Below, piece by piece: positions 42,525-51,621 of a stretch of DNA of 64,000 nt. The stretch comes from an uncultured Caulobacteraceae bacterium. GTDB lineage: Bacteria; Pseudomonadota; Alphaproteobacteria; Caulobacterales; Caulobacteraceae. Within the stretch, counting starts at the first letter, position 1. The number at the start of each line of letters is the position of its first letter. A program made the position numbers and the translations under genes. The stretch is taken from assembly GCA_964432415.1 (NCBI GenBank), contig CAYSNW010000008.1:15726-79725 (forward strand), read 5' to 3'. The notes under the pieces were generated by a model. The model made no database searches. It had not been told where the DNA came from and saw only the letters and a program-made list of their open reading frames with translations.

Positions 42525-43865
42525 ATGACCGATGCGGCCAAGCTGAAGAACCGGACGCTTCTCGCGTTCGCCCTGCCCTGCCTGCCCTACGCGGCGATCG
42601 GGCTGCCTCTGGCGGTGTACCTGCCACACTACTACTCGACCTATATCGGGGTCGATCTCGGCGTGGTCGGGACCACCTTCATTCTGGTCCGCTGCATCGA
42701 CATCTTCTTCGACCCGGTGGTCGGCTGGGCCATGGACCGCACCCGCAACAGGTTCGGCCCCTACCGGACCTGGATCACGCTCGGCACCCCCATCCTGATG
42801 GCCGCCATCTGGATGATCTTCATGGCCAGCCCCGGCGCCACCTCCCAGTACCTGTTCCAGTGGCTGCTGGTGCTCTACCTGGGCTTCTCCATCACCACCC
42901 TGGCCCAGCTCGCCTGGGGCGCGGTGCTGGCGCCGCAGTACCATCAGCGAAGCCGTCTTTATGGCTGGTGGCAGGTGTTCAACATCCTGGGGGTGCTGAT
43001 CGCCCTGTTCATTCCGGTGGGCGTCACCGCGCTCAAGCTCGGCGACTACGGCTACGGCGTGCGCGCCATGGGCTGGTTCATCGTCGTGGCCCTGCCGGTC
43101 ACCCTGCTGGTCAACCTGCTGGCGGTGAAGGAGCCTCGCAACGAGGCCGCCCGTCCCCACGGCGCCTTCAAGGCGTGGGCGGCCCTGTTCGCGCGTCAGT
43201 CCGTGCGCAAGGTGCTGCTCTGCGACCTGTTCCTGGGCCTGGCGCCCGGCCTGACCGGCACCCTGCTGTTCTTCTATTTCGAGAGCATCAAGGGCTTCGA
43301 CCAGGCCCAGAGCCAGCAGTTCATGGCCGTCTATTTCGTCGCCGGCCTGCTGGCCGCGCCGTTCTGGAGCTGGCTGGCGATGAAGATGGGCAAGGACCGG
43401 GCCCTGCAGATCGCCTCGATCCTGTTCGCGGTCTTCTACGGGGCGGTCGCCTTCATCCCGCCGGGCAATTTCCTGTTTGCGGCCATCAGCCTGTTCATCG
43501 CCGGCCTCCCGTACGCCGCGGGCCTGCTGCTGACCCGCGCCATGATGGCGGACGTCGCCGACGAGGTCCGCCTGGAGACCGGCGAGGACCGCATGGGCCT
43601 GCTGTTCTCTTTCCTCAGCCTCACCACCAAGCTCGGCTACGCCATCAGCGTCGGCTCGCTTTGGATCCTGTCCCAGGCCGGCTTCAACGACAAAACCCAT
43701 GCCGCCAACGATCCCTTCCCGCTGATGGTGCTGCAGGTCCTCTTCATCGTGCTGCCGACTCTGCTGCTGGCGGCCTCCGCCTGGTCGCTGGTCAAATATC
43801 CGCTCACGCTGAAGCGCCACGCCGAGATCCGCGAGGCGCTGGAAGCCCGGGAACAAGCGGCCTAA
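42525..43865 (+). CDS. MFS transporter, glycoside-pentoside-hexuronide (GPH) cation symporter family
   Basis: 446 aa, 12 TM, MelB-like N-terminal motifs (DPVVGWAMDRTRNRFGPYR). Confidence 0.85.
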   Translation: MTDAAKLKNRTLLAFALPCLPYAAIGLPLAVYLPHYYSTYIGVDLGVVGTTFILVRCIDIFFDPVVGWAMDRTRNRFGPYRTWITLGTPILMAAIWMIFMASPGATSQYLFQWLLVLYLGFSITTLAQLAWGAVLAPQYHQRSRLYGWWQVFNILGVLIALFIPVGVTALKLGDYGYGVRAMGWFIVVALPVTLLVNLLAVKEPRNEAARPHGAFKAWAALFARQSVRKVLLCDLFLGLAPGLTGTLLFFYFESIKGFDQAQSQQFMAVYFVAGLLAAPFWSWLAMKMGKDRALQIASILFAVFYGAVAFIPPGNFLFAAISLFIAGLPYAAGLLLTRAMMADVADEVRLETGEDRMGLLFSFLSLTTKLGYAISVGSLWILSQAGFNDKTHAANDPFPLMVLQVLFIVLPTLLLAASAWSLVKYPLTLKRHAEIREALEAREQAA

Positions 43866-43875
43866 GACCGGGCCC

Positions 43876-44676
43876 ATGCACGACCTCGACTCCCCTCGCC
43901 CAATCGACCGACTTTTGGCCGTCATGGCCCGCCTTCGCGATCCGGAGCGCGGCTGCCCGTGGGACGTGGAGCAGACCTTCGCCACCATCGCGCCCTACAC
44001 GGTGGAGGAGGCCTACGAGGTCGCCGACGCCATCGAACGCGCGGACCTGAAGGACCTGAGGGAGGAGCTGGGCGACCTGATGTTCCAGGTCGTCTTCCAC
44101 GCCCGCATGGCCGAGGAGCAGGGCGTTTTCGACTTCGACGATGTGGCGGGCGCCATCGCCGACAAGCTGATCCGCCGCCACCCCCACGTCTTCGCCGACG
44201 CCGGCTTCCGCACCGCCGACGAGCAGACCGTGGCCTGGGAGCAGATCAAGGCCGAGGAGCGCAGGGGCAAGGAACTCCACGGGGTGCTGGACGACGTGCC
44301 CGTGGGCCTGCCTGCGCTGACTCGCGCGGTGAAGCTGACGAAACGGGCGGGCCGGGTCGGCTTCGACTGGCCCTCAACCAAGGAGGTCTTCGACAAGCTG
44401 CGCGAGGAAGCGTCTGAGCTGGAGGCCGAGATCGAGAGCGGGAACCAGGACAGAATCCACGAAGAGCTGGGTGATTTCCTTTTCGTTGTCGCCAACCTGG
44501 CGCGTAAACTTGGTGTCGAACCTGAAGACGCCCTGCGCTCGGCCAACGCCAAGTTCGTCCGCCGCTTCCACCACATCGAAGCCCGCCTCGCCGAAACCGG
44601 CCGCACGCCGGACCAGTCGACCCTGGAAGAGATGGACGGCTTCTGGAACGAGGCGCGCGCGGCGGACAAATCATGA
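43876..44676 (+). CDS. mazG: nucleoside triphosphate pyrophosphohydrolase
   Basis: Tandem MazG domains with EELGDLMFQVVFHA and EELGDFLFVVANLA motifs. Confidence 0.9.
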   Translation: MHDLDSPRPIDRLLAVMARLRDPERGCPWDVEQTFATIAPYTVEEAYEVADAIERADLKDLREELGDLMFQVVFHARMAEEQGVFDFDDVAGAIADKLIRRHPHVFADAGFRTADEQTVAWEQIKAEERRGKELHGVLDDVPVGLPALTRAVKLTKRAGRVGFDWPSTKEVFDKLREEASELEAEIESGNQDRIHEELGDFLFVVANLARKLGVEPEDALRSANAKFVRRFHHIEARLAETGRTPDQSTLEEMDGFWNEARAADKS

Positions 44677-44749
44677 TCCTTCTCCCGGTCGGGAGAAGGA
44701 TACTTTACAGCTAACCTGCTTAGCATATCCTCCTCCTTCCGGAGGCCCC

Positions 44750-45634
44750 ATGCTCAAGCCCGCCCTGCTCGCCCTGCTCCTCGCCACCCCTGCCCTCGCG
44801 CAAGTGGCCCCACACGCCGGCCGCGCCCTTCAGCTCACCCACTCCGTCACCGTCGACCCCTCCCCGTCGCCGGACGGCGCTCACCTGGTCCACATCCGCG
44901 TGGTCAGCGGCCGCGAGCAGCTCTTCGTCATGGACGCCGACGGCGCCCACCCCCGCCAGATCACCTTCGACGACGCCGATCACGAGGATCCCGCCTGGTC
45001 CCCGAAGGGCGACCGTATCGCCTATGTCCTGATGAAGGGCGGCTCGGAGGTCATCCATCTGATGAACCCCGATGGCTCGAACGATGTCGCCCTGACCCCG
45101 CAGAATCAGAAGGTCATCCATCCCAACTGGGCGCCGGACGGGCTGAGCCTGGCCTACTGCACCGACGACGACGAGCACCCGCCGGCCAAGAACACCTCCG
45201 ACATCTGGTCGATCGACATCGCCACCCGCCGCGCCAAGCGCCTGATCACCGGCGGGATCAACACCTATCCGTCCTGGTCCCCGGACGGGCGGCGTCTCGC
45301 CTTCCGCAGGATCATCGGCGACATGAACTCCGAGGTCTTCGTCGCCAACGCCGACGGCTCGGACGCGCGCAACATCACCAATCACTGGTCCTTCGACGGC
45401 TGGCCCGCCTGGTCGCCGGACGGGACCCGCATCGCCTTCGCGTCTAACCGCAACGCCAACTACCAGATCTTCGTGATGAAGCCCGACGGTTCGGACGTGC
45501 GCCTGGTCGCCAACACCGAGGGCCGCGCCACCGCCCCGCTGTGGTCCCCAAAGGGCGACGTCCTGTACTTCCCCATCTGTCGCAAGGCCGACTTCGGCGG
45601 CGACTGTGAGATCTTCTCGGCGCCGGCGCCTTAA
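44750..45634 (+). CDS. periplasmic TolB-like WD40/PD40 beta-propeller repeat protein
   Basis: GGAGG RBS. Signal peptide MLKPALLALLLATPALA. Repeated PxWSPDG motifs. Confidence 0.8.
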   Translation: MLKPALLALLLATPALAQVAPHAGRALQLTHSVTVDPSPSPDGAHLVHIRVVSGREQLFVMDADGAHPRQITFDDADHEDPAWSPKGDRIAYVLMKGGSEVIHLMNPDGSNDVALTPQNQKVIHPNWAPDGLSLAYCTDDDEHPPAKNTSDIWSIDIATRRAKRLITGGINTYPSWSPDGRRLAFRRIIGDMNSEVFVANADGSDARNITNHWSFDGWPAWSPDGTRIAFASNRNANYQIFVMKPDGSDVRLVANTEGRATAPLWSPKGDVLYFPICRKADFGGDCEIFSAPAP

Positions 45635-46158
45635 CGCGGATTCAGGCGCACCCAGTCGCGCACTACAGCCAGGGCCGGAGTGACCGCCGCAGGGTCCTCC
45701 CGATCCGGCGCCTCGGCCACGAGACGCGCGGTGCGGCCGCGCTCGCGCACGCTCACCACCACCGCCAATCCGTCCACCATAACTCGCCCGGTGGCGCAGC
45801 AGCGGTAGCGCAGTCCGTCAAAAGTCAGGGTGGCCGTCATCAGCCGGCGCACCTCCGATCCGGGCAGGACGCCGCGCCGGGCAGGTTCGCCGGCCCCGCA
45901 GCCCAGATGGACGTAACGCCCCGATGCATCGATGGCCGTCACGCCATAGCCGCCGCGCTCGAAGGCCAGGGTCTCGATCACCGCGCCATCGGAGGCGTTC
46001 GCGCGCTTCAGCAAGGCCGCGAGCGCGGGATTTCCAGCCGAACACTGGGCCCGCGCCCGATCGCGAAACGCCAGGAGCCCATCGTCAGGCCTTGCCGCAG
46101 CAGGAGAGGCCCCGGGAAAAAGCGCCGCGGCCAGGAGCACACAGATCAATTTCGACAC
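45631..46158 (-). CDS. secreted hypothetical protein (175 aa)
   Basis: Signal peptide MSKLICVLLAAALFPGASPAAA and coding-type bias. Confidence 0.55.
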   Translation of the reverse strand: MSKLICVLLAAALFPGASPAAARPDDGLLAFRDRARAQCSAGNPALAALLKRANASDGAVIETLAFERGGYGVTAIDASGRYVHLGCGAGEPARRGVLPGSEVRRLMTATLTFDGLRYRCCATGRVMVDGLAVVVSVRERGRTARLVAEAPDREDPAAVTPALAVVRDWVRLNPR

Positions 46159-46239
46159 CGCCGTACTCCGCGTTTCACCGCGAAGATCAGAGGCCGATCC
46201 CGAGCCGACACAAGCCCGTTGCGGTGAACGGGCGCCTCC

Positions 46240-46764
46240 TCAGGGCCGGCGCACGGCCATCGGTTTTGCGAGGTTGTCGGTCACCTGCCACAGCAGGTCG
46301 GTCCACTCCGAAAACAGCGGCCGGTTCGCATCCCGGCTCCAGTCGGCGAAGGACTGGTAACCGCCGAACTCTCGCTTGCCCGAGGCGTCCATGACCGTGA
46401 TCAGGATATCGCCGTCGTAGTCCAACTCCTGCACATGGCGATAGCCATCCAGCTTTCCTGAGCGGCCCACGAGGTGGTCGACGATGTTTCCCACCAGCAC
46501 GCCCTTGCCGCGGCTCGTCGCGGTGTGGGTGCAGCCGACATGGGTGTAGGCATGGTTGTTCGCTTCGCCCGACATGATCACCACCCCAAAATGATCCTCG
46601 TCGCGGTAACGCAGCACGATGCCGCCCTCGTGGGCCAGCACCTGGTCGGCGCGCTGCATCTCCGCCATCACTGGCGCGCAGAACCGATCGGGGAACGGCG
46701 GGGACTCGTGCTGCAGCGGCGCGGCCATCATCAGCACGGTCACGGTCTGAATGATCTGGAGCAT
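46240..46764 (-). CDS. secreted hypothetical protein
   Basis: Probable start MLQIIQTVTVLMMAAPL within ORF 46240..46779. Confidence 0.5.
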   Translation of the reverse strand: MLQIIQTVTVLMMAAPLQHESPPFPDRFCAPVMAEMQRADQVLAHEGGIVLRYRDEDHFGVVIMSGEANNHAYTHVGCTHTATSRGKGVLVGNIVDHLVGRSGKLDGYRHVQELDYDGDILITVMDASGKREFGGYQSFADWSRDANRPLFSEWTDLLWQVTDNLAKPMAVRRP

Positions 46765-46834
46765 GGAGGGCCTCCCCAAGCGTCAGTGTCGGAGGAGACC
46801 GTTACCCGTGACAACCCCGATTCCGGGGAGCCGA

Positions 46835-48172
46835 TCACTGCGCCGCGTTCAGCAGCCGCGCCTCGGGAAACAGCCGCTCGAACCGCCCCAGCGCCTGGTC
46901 GTCCAGCCGCACGAGCATACGCACCGCCCCGTCATCCTGGTCCGAACGCGCCGTCACCCGGCCGTTCTGGTAGAGCCAGGCCAGGGCTTCGCCGTCGCCC
47001 GGCGGAATGCGCAGCTCGACCTCGGCGCTGTCGTCGATCAGGTCGGCGACCATCTCGCGCAGGGCCTCGATGCCGTCGCCGGTGACCGCAGAGACCGCCA
47101 CGGCCGGCACGCCGGTCTGTTCGGCCCAGCGGATCGCCCGCGCCTTGGTCACGCCCTGCTCTTCCGGATCGACCAGGTCGAGCTTGTTCCAGACCTCGAT
47201 CATCACCTGCCGCTTGCCCTCGGGCGGCGGAATCTTGGCCAGCACTTGCTCGACGTCGTGGGCCTGGGCTGAGCTGTCGGGGTCCGCGATGTCGCGCACG
47301 TGCAGGATCAGGTCGGCCTCGCGCACCTCCTCCAGGGTAGCGCGGAAAGCGGCCACCAGCTGGTGCGGCAGGTCGGAGATGAAGCCCACCGTGTCCGAAA
47401 CGATGGCCGAGCGGCCCCGCGGCAGGCGCACGGTGCGAAGCGTCGGGTCCAGGGTGGCGAACAGCATGTCCTTGGCCACCACGTCCGAGCCGGTCGCCCG
47501 GTTGAACAGGGTCGACTTGCCGGCGTTGGTGTAGCCCACCAGGGCCACGGTCGGGTACGGCACGCGCTTCCTGGCCTGGCGGTGCAGGGTGCGGGTGCGG
47601 CGCACCTCCTCGATCTCGGCCTTGAGCCGAGTGATGCGGTCGGCGATCTGGCGCCGGTCCAGTTCGATCTGGGTTTCGCCCGGGCCGCCGGTCTTGGACA
47701 GGCCGCCGCGCTGGCGCTCCAGGTGGGTCCAGGTCCTGACCAGCCGCGAGCGCTCGTACTCCTGGCGCGCCAGCTCGACCTGCAGCTTGCCTTCGGCGGT
47801 GCGCGCCCGGCGGGCGAAGATCTCCAGGATCAGGCCGGTGCGGTCGATGACCTTCACCTCCCAGGCCTTTTCCAGGTTGCGCTGCTGGATGGGGGTCAGG
47901 TCGTCGTCGATGACCACCACATTGGCCTCGACCGAGTGGACGATGGCTCTGAGCTCATCGACCTTGCCCGAGCCGAACAGGGTCGCGGGAACGGTCTTGC
48001 GGATGCGCGCGATCTCGCCCGCACGGACATCCAGATCCAGCGCCAAGGCAAGGCCGACCGCCTCCTCCAGTCTCGCCTGCGCATGACGCAGCGAGGTGTC
48101 GTGGGGAGCTTCGGGATGAACGACGACCGCGATCTGGGTCTCAGGCCGACGGTCGATGGATTTGGAGGTCAC
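46835..48172 (-). CDS. hflX: GTPase HflX
   Basis: G1 motif [14 protein letters not shown]3 DTVGFI. Canonical position downstream of hfq; its start overlaps the hfq stop. Confidence 0.9.
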   Translation of the reverse strand: MTSKSIDRRPETQIAVVVHPEAPHDTSLRHAQARLEEAVGLALALDLDVRAGEIARIRKTVPATLFGSGKVDELRAIVHSVEANVVVIDDDLTPIQQRNLEKAWEVKVIDRTGLILEIFARRARTAEGKLQVELARQEYERSRLVRTWTHLERQRGGLSKTGGPGETQIELDRRQIADRITRLKAEIEEVRRTRTLHRQARKRVPYPTVALVGYTNAGKSTLFNRATGSDVVAKDMLFATLDPTLRTVRLPRGRSAIVSDTVGFISDLPHQLVAAFRATLEEVREADLILHVRDIADPDSSAQAHDVEQVLAKIPPPEGKRQVMIEVWNKLDLVDPEEQGVTKARAIRWAEQTGVPAVAVSAVTGDGIEALREMVADLIDDSAEVELRIPPGDGEALAWLYQNGRVTARSDQDDGAVRMLVRLDDQALGRFERLFPEARLLNAAQ

Positions 48173-48420
48173 TCGTCGCCGTTTTCGGAATCGGGCTCGT
48201 AAAGCTGAACCGGCTGGGCGGGCATGATGGTCGAGATCGCGTGCTTGTAGACCAGTTGGGACTGACCGTCGCGGCGCAGCAGCACGCAGAAATTATCGAA
48301 CCAGGTCACCACGCCCTGCAGCTTCACGCCGTTGACCAGGAAGATGGTGAGCGGCGTCTTCGACTTTCGAACGCTGTTGAGGAAGGTGTCTTGCAGGTTC
48401 TGTTTCTTGTCTTGGGACAC
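48169..48420 (-). CDS. hfq: RNA chaperone Hfq
   Basis: Sm1/Sm2 motifs ...[40 protein letters not shown].... Confidence 0.95.
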   Translation of the reverse strand: MSQDKKQNLQDTFLNSVRKSKTPLTIFLVNGVKLQGVVTWFDNFCVLLRRDGQSQLVYKHAISTIMPAQPVQLYEPDSENGDE

Positions 48421-48595
48421 GTATGTCGCCCCTTATTTTTTTTCGGAAGCACAACGCTTCCACACACAGCCTTCAGATAAGCGGCCCGAGGGGGCGTCTG
48501 CAACCGCGAAACGATCAACGATCGCTCCGGCCGCCTGTTCCGCCCCCTCTGGGCGGAGCTATGGCATATGAATTCGGGAGGGCTGAAACCCGACA

Positions 48596-48788
48596 CCGGC
48601 CCCTTCCCCCCTCGAGGGGGAAGGTGGCGACGTAGGAGCCGGATGGGGGGCGGCGCTACGTCTCAGCTTTGACATGGAAGCTCTAAGATTACGATTAGCC
48701 GTCACAGCGCTCAACGCGCCGGCGGGCGCGCGGCCCCCCATCCGAGCCCCTGGCGGGGCCCACCTTCCCCCTCGTTTGGGGGGAAGGA
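48596..48788. repeat. about 190-bp MITE-like intergenic element with terminal hairpins (ccttcccccctcgagggggaagg ... ccttccccctcgtttggggggaagg) and internal box cggatggggggcggcgc paired with gcgcggccccccatccg; family copy A
   Basis: Read directly. Shares motifs and architecture with 59539-59715. Confidence 0.7.
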
Positions 48789-48832
48789 TCAATTGAGGCA
48801 GGCCAACGACTGAAGCTTGGGCAAACGCGTTA

Positions 48833-49255
48833 TTACTGCCCGGCGAGGCGCTCGCGGTTGCGCTCGTGAATTTCCTCGGCTTCGGGGGTCGTGATCTCGG
48901 CGAAGTCGCCCATCTCGTAGACCGGTCGGATTTCGATCTCGCTGGGGCCCGGCATCGGGTTGGGGCAGCGCTTCACCCACTCCACGGCCTCGGCCATGTC
49001 CTTGACCTCCCAGATCCAGAAGCCCGCGACCAGCTCCTTGGTCTCGGCGAAGGGACCGTCGATCACCATGCGCGACGGGCCGTCGAAGGCCACCCGCTTG
49101 CCCTCGGAGGACGGTTTGAGCCCCTCGCCGTTCTGCATGATCCCGGCCTTGATCAGCTCTTCGTTGTAGCGGCCCATCGCCACGAGCAGCTCGCTCGAGG
49201 GCAGGATCCCCTGCTCGCTGTCCTTGGTCGCCTTCACAAACACCATCACGCGCAT
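48833..49255 (-). CDS. YciI-like (YCII-related domain) protein
   Basis: 140 aa; DGPFAETKELVAGFWIWEVKDMAEAVEW pattern. Confidence 0.65.
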   Translation of the reverse strand: MRVMVFVKATKDSEQGILPSSELLVAMGRYNEELIKAGIMQNGEGLKPSSEGKRVAFDGPSRMVIDGPFAETKELVAGFWIWEVKDMAEAVEWVKRCPNPMPGPSEIEIRPVYEMGDFAEITTPEAEEIHERNRERLAGQ

Positions 49256-49344
49256 CGCAATCTCTCCTGATCTGTTGCGGCCCCTGGCCTGTGAAGATGA
49301 CGAACGAACGGCGCGTCAGCCGACATCGTTGCGCGGAGACTTTT

Positions 49345-50211
49345 TCAGACCGCGCGTTCCCGCGCCTCCGCGAGATACAGTTCGCGCAATTTCAGCGCCA
49401 CCGGTCCGGGCTTGCCGTTCCCGATCTTCGCCCCGTCGATGGAGACCGCCGGCATAACGAAGGCCGAGGCTGCCGTGAAGAAAGCCTCCTTCGCCGCCTT
49501 GGCCTCCTCCATCGTAAAGGGGCGCTCCTCGACCTTCATTCCGGCGTCACGGGCGATGTCGATCAGCGCGCGGCGGGTGACGCCGCGCAGGATGTTGGCG
49601 TTGGTGTCGCGGGTACGAAGCGTTCCGTCCGCGTCCACGATCCAGGCGTTGGTGGACGAGCCCTCGGTGACGAAGCCCAGTTCGTCGACAAACCAGGCCT
49701 CCATGGCGCCGCGCTCGCGCGCCGCCTGCTTGGCCAGCGCGTTGGGCAGCAGCCCCACGGTCTTGATGTCGCAGCGCGCCCAGCGGGTCTCCGGGACCGT
49801 GATTACGGCGGCGCCGTTCCTGGCCTTGGCCTCCGCGGCCTTGCGGTCGATGGACTTGCAGGTGACCACAAGGGTGGGCGGCACGGGCGGGTTGGGGAAC
49901 GGATGGTCGCGCGGCGCGGTCCCGCGGGTGATCTGGATGTAGAGCAGGCCCTCGCGCACCCGGTTCCTGCGCACCACCTCGCGCAGCACATTGGTCAGGG
50001 CGCCGGAACTCATCGGATGGTCGATGCGCAGCTCGTCCAGGCTGCGGCCCAGCCGCTCGATGTGGCCGTCGTAGTCGGCCAGCCGGCCGCCGAAGATCGC
50101 CCAGACCTCATAGACGCCGTCGGCGAACTGAAAGCCCCGGTCCTCGATATGGACCGTCGCCTCCCCGTGGGGGACGTAGACGCCGTTCACATAGGCGACG
50201 CGCGACATCAC
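49345..50211 (-). CDS. dat: class IV aminotransferase, D-amino-acid transaminase-like
   Basis: EGSSTNAW...ILRGVTR motifs. The start overlaps the ntrX stop (ATGA). Confidence 0.8.
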   Translation of the reverse strand: MMSRVAYVNGVYVPHGEATVHIEDRGFQFADGVYEVWAIFGGRLADYDGHIERLGRSLDELRIDHPMSSGALTNVLREVVRRNRVREGLLYIQITRGTAPRDHPFPNPPVPPTLVVTCKSIDRKAAEAKARNGAAVITVPETRWARCDIKTVGLLPNALAKQAARERGAMEAWFVDELGFVTEGSSTNAWIVDADGTLRTRDTNANILRGVTRRALIDIARDAGMKVEERPFTMEEAKAAKEAFFTAASAFVMPAVSIDGAKIGNGKPGPVALKLRELYLAEARERAV

Positions 50212-51614
50212 TCCTCCTCGTCTTCGTCCCCGGCCCGGGCGGGGGCCACGCCCAGCGACTTCAGCTTGCGGTGCAGGGCCGAGCGCTCCATGCCGATGAA
50301 GGCCGCGGTGCGCGAGATATTGCCGCCGAAGCGCAGGATCTGGGCAGAAAGATATTCCCGCTCAAAGACTTCCCGGGCATCTCTCAGAGGAAGAGCGATG
50401 ATCCGCTCAGGCCCCACCGACCCGGCCGCGCCGGCCGAGGCGACCTCGGAGGGCAGCATCTCGGCGGTGATCGGCTCGTTGGGATCGCCCGAGGCCAGGA
50501 TCAGCAGCCGTTCGATGTTGTTCCTGAGCTGGCGCACATTGCCCGGCCAGGCGTGGACCTGCAGGGTGGCGACCGCGTCATCACCGAGCCGGCGGCGCGG
50601 CAGGCCCTGGGACTCCGAGACCTTCTCGATGAAGTAGTCGACCAGCTCGGAGATGTCCTCGCGCCGCTCGGCCAGGCCCGGCACCCGGATCGGCACCACG
50701 TTCAGGCGATGGAACAGATCCTCGCGGAAACGGCCCGTGGCGATCTCGTCGCGCAGGTCCTTCGATGACGACGAGATCACCCGCACGTCGACCTGCACGT
50801 CGTTGTCGCCGCCGACCCGGCGGAAGCGCTGTTCCACCAGCACGCGCAGGATGCGGCTCTGGCTCTCGCGCGGCATGTCGGCCACCTCGTCGAGGTACAG
50901 GGTGCCGCCGTGGGCGCGTTCGAACACCCCGATCTTCTTGGGCCGGCCCCCCTCGCCTTCCTCGCCGAACAGCTCCACATCCAGCCGCTCTGGCGCCATG
51001 CCGGCGGCCGAGATGGCGACGAACTCACTCCTGGCGCGGTTCGACGCGTCATGGATCAGCCGCGCCACCAGCTCCTTGCCCGAACCGGGGGGGCCGGAGA
51101 TCAGCACCCGGCTGTTGGCGGGCGCCACCTTGGAGACGGTGGAGCGCAGTTGTTGGGCGGCGGCGGACTTGCCGATCAGGCCGTCGGGCACGAAGGCCTT
51201 GGCCCGCAGGCGCCGGTTCTCGCGCTTCAGGCCCGCGTTTTCCAGGGCGCGCTCGACCAGCAGCAGCAGCCGGTCGGATTTGAAGGGCTTTTCCAGGAAG
51301 TCGTAGGCGCCGCGCTTGATGGCGCTGACCGCGGTTTCGATGTTGCCGTGGCCGGAGATCATGACCACGGGCATGTCCGGGTCCATCTCCTTGACGATGT
51401 CGAGCACCTCCAGGCCGTCCAGGCCCCCGCCCTGCATCCAGATGTCCAGGATCAGCAGCGAGGGGCGCCGGGCCCGGATGGCGGCCAGGGCGGAATCGGA
51501 ATCCGCGGCGGTCCTGACGCCGTAGCCTTCGTCCTGCAGGATGCCGGAGACGAGCTCGCGGATGTCCGCCTCGTCGTCGACCACCAGGATGTCTGCGCCG
51601 GTATTGGCTTTCAT
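50208..51614 (-). CDS. ntrX: sigma-54-interaction-domain response regulator NtrX
   Basis: Receiver, AAA+ (GPPGSGKE, GAFERAHGGTLYLDEV) and C-terminal HTH. Downstream of ntrY. Confidence 0.9.
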   Translation of the reverse strand: MKANTGADILVVDDEADIRELVSGILQDEGYGVRTAADSDSALAAIRARRPSLLILDIWMQGGGLDGLEVLDIVKEMDPDMPVVMISGHGNIETAVSAIKRGAYDFLEKPFKSDRLLLLVERALENAGLKRENRRLRAKAFVPDGLIGKSAAAQQLRSTVSKVAPANSRVLISGPPGSGKELVARLIHDASNRARSEFVAISAAGMAPERLDVELFGEEGEGGRPKKIGVFERAHGGTLYLDEVADMPRESQSRILRVLVEQRFRRVGGDNDVQVDVRVISSSSKDLRDEIATGRFREDLFHRLNVVPIRVPGLAERREDISELVDYFIEKVSESQGLPRRRLGDDAVATLQVHAWPGNVRQLRNNIERLLILASGDPNEPITAEMLPSEVASAGAAGSVGPERIIALPLRDAREVFEREYLSAQILRFGGNISRTAAFIGMERSALHRKLKSLGVAPARAGDEDEEE

Positions 51615-51621
51615 GTCGTCC

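Noticed and set aside
44471-44749. N-terminal 93-aa extension of the TolB-like ORF
   Set aside because: The extension is Ser/Thr/Pro/Arg-rich and overlaps the mazG 3' end. A GGAGG RBS and the signal peptide begin at ATG 44750.
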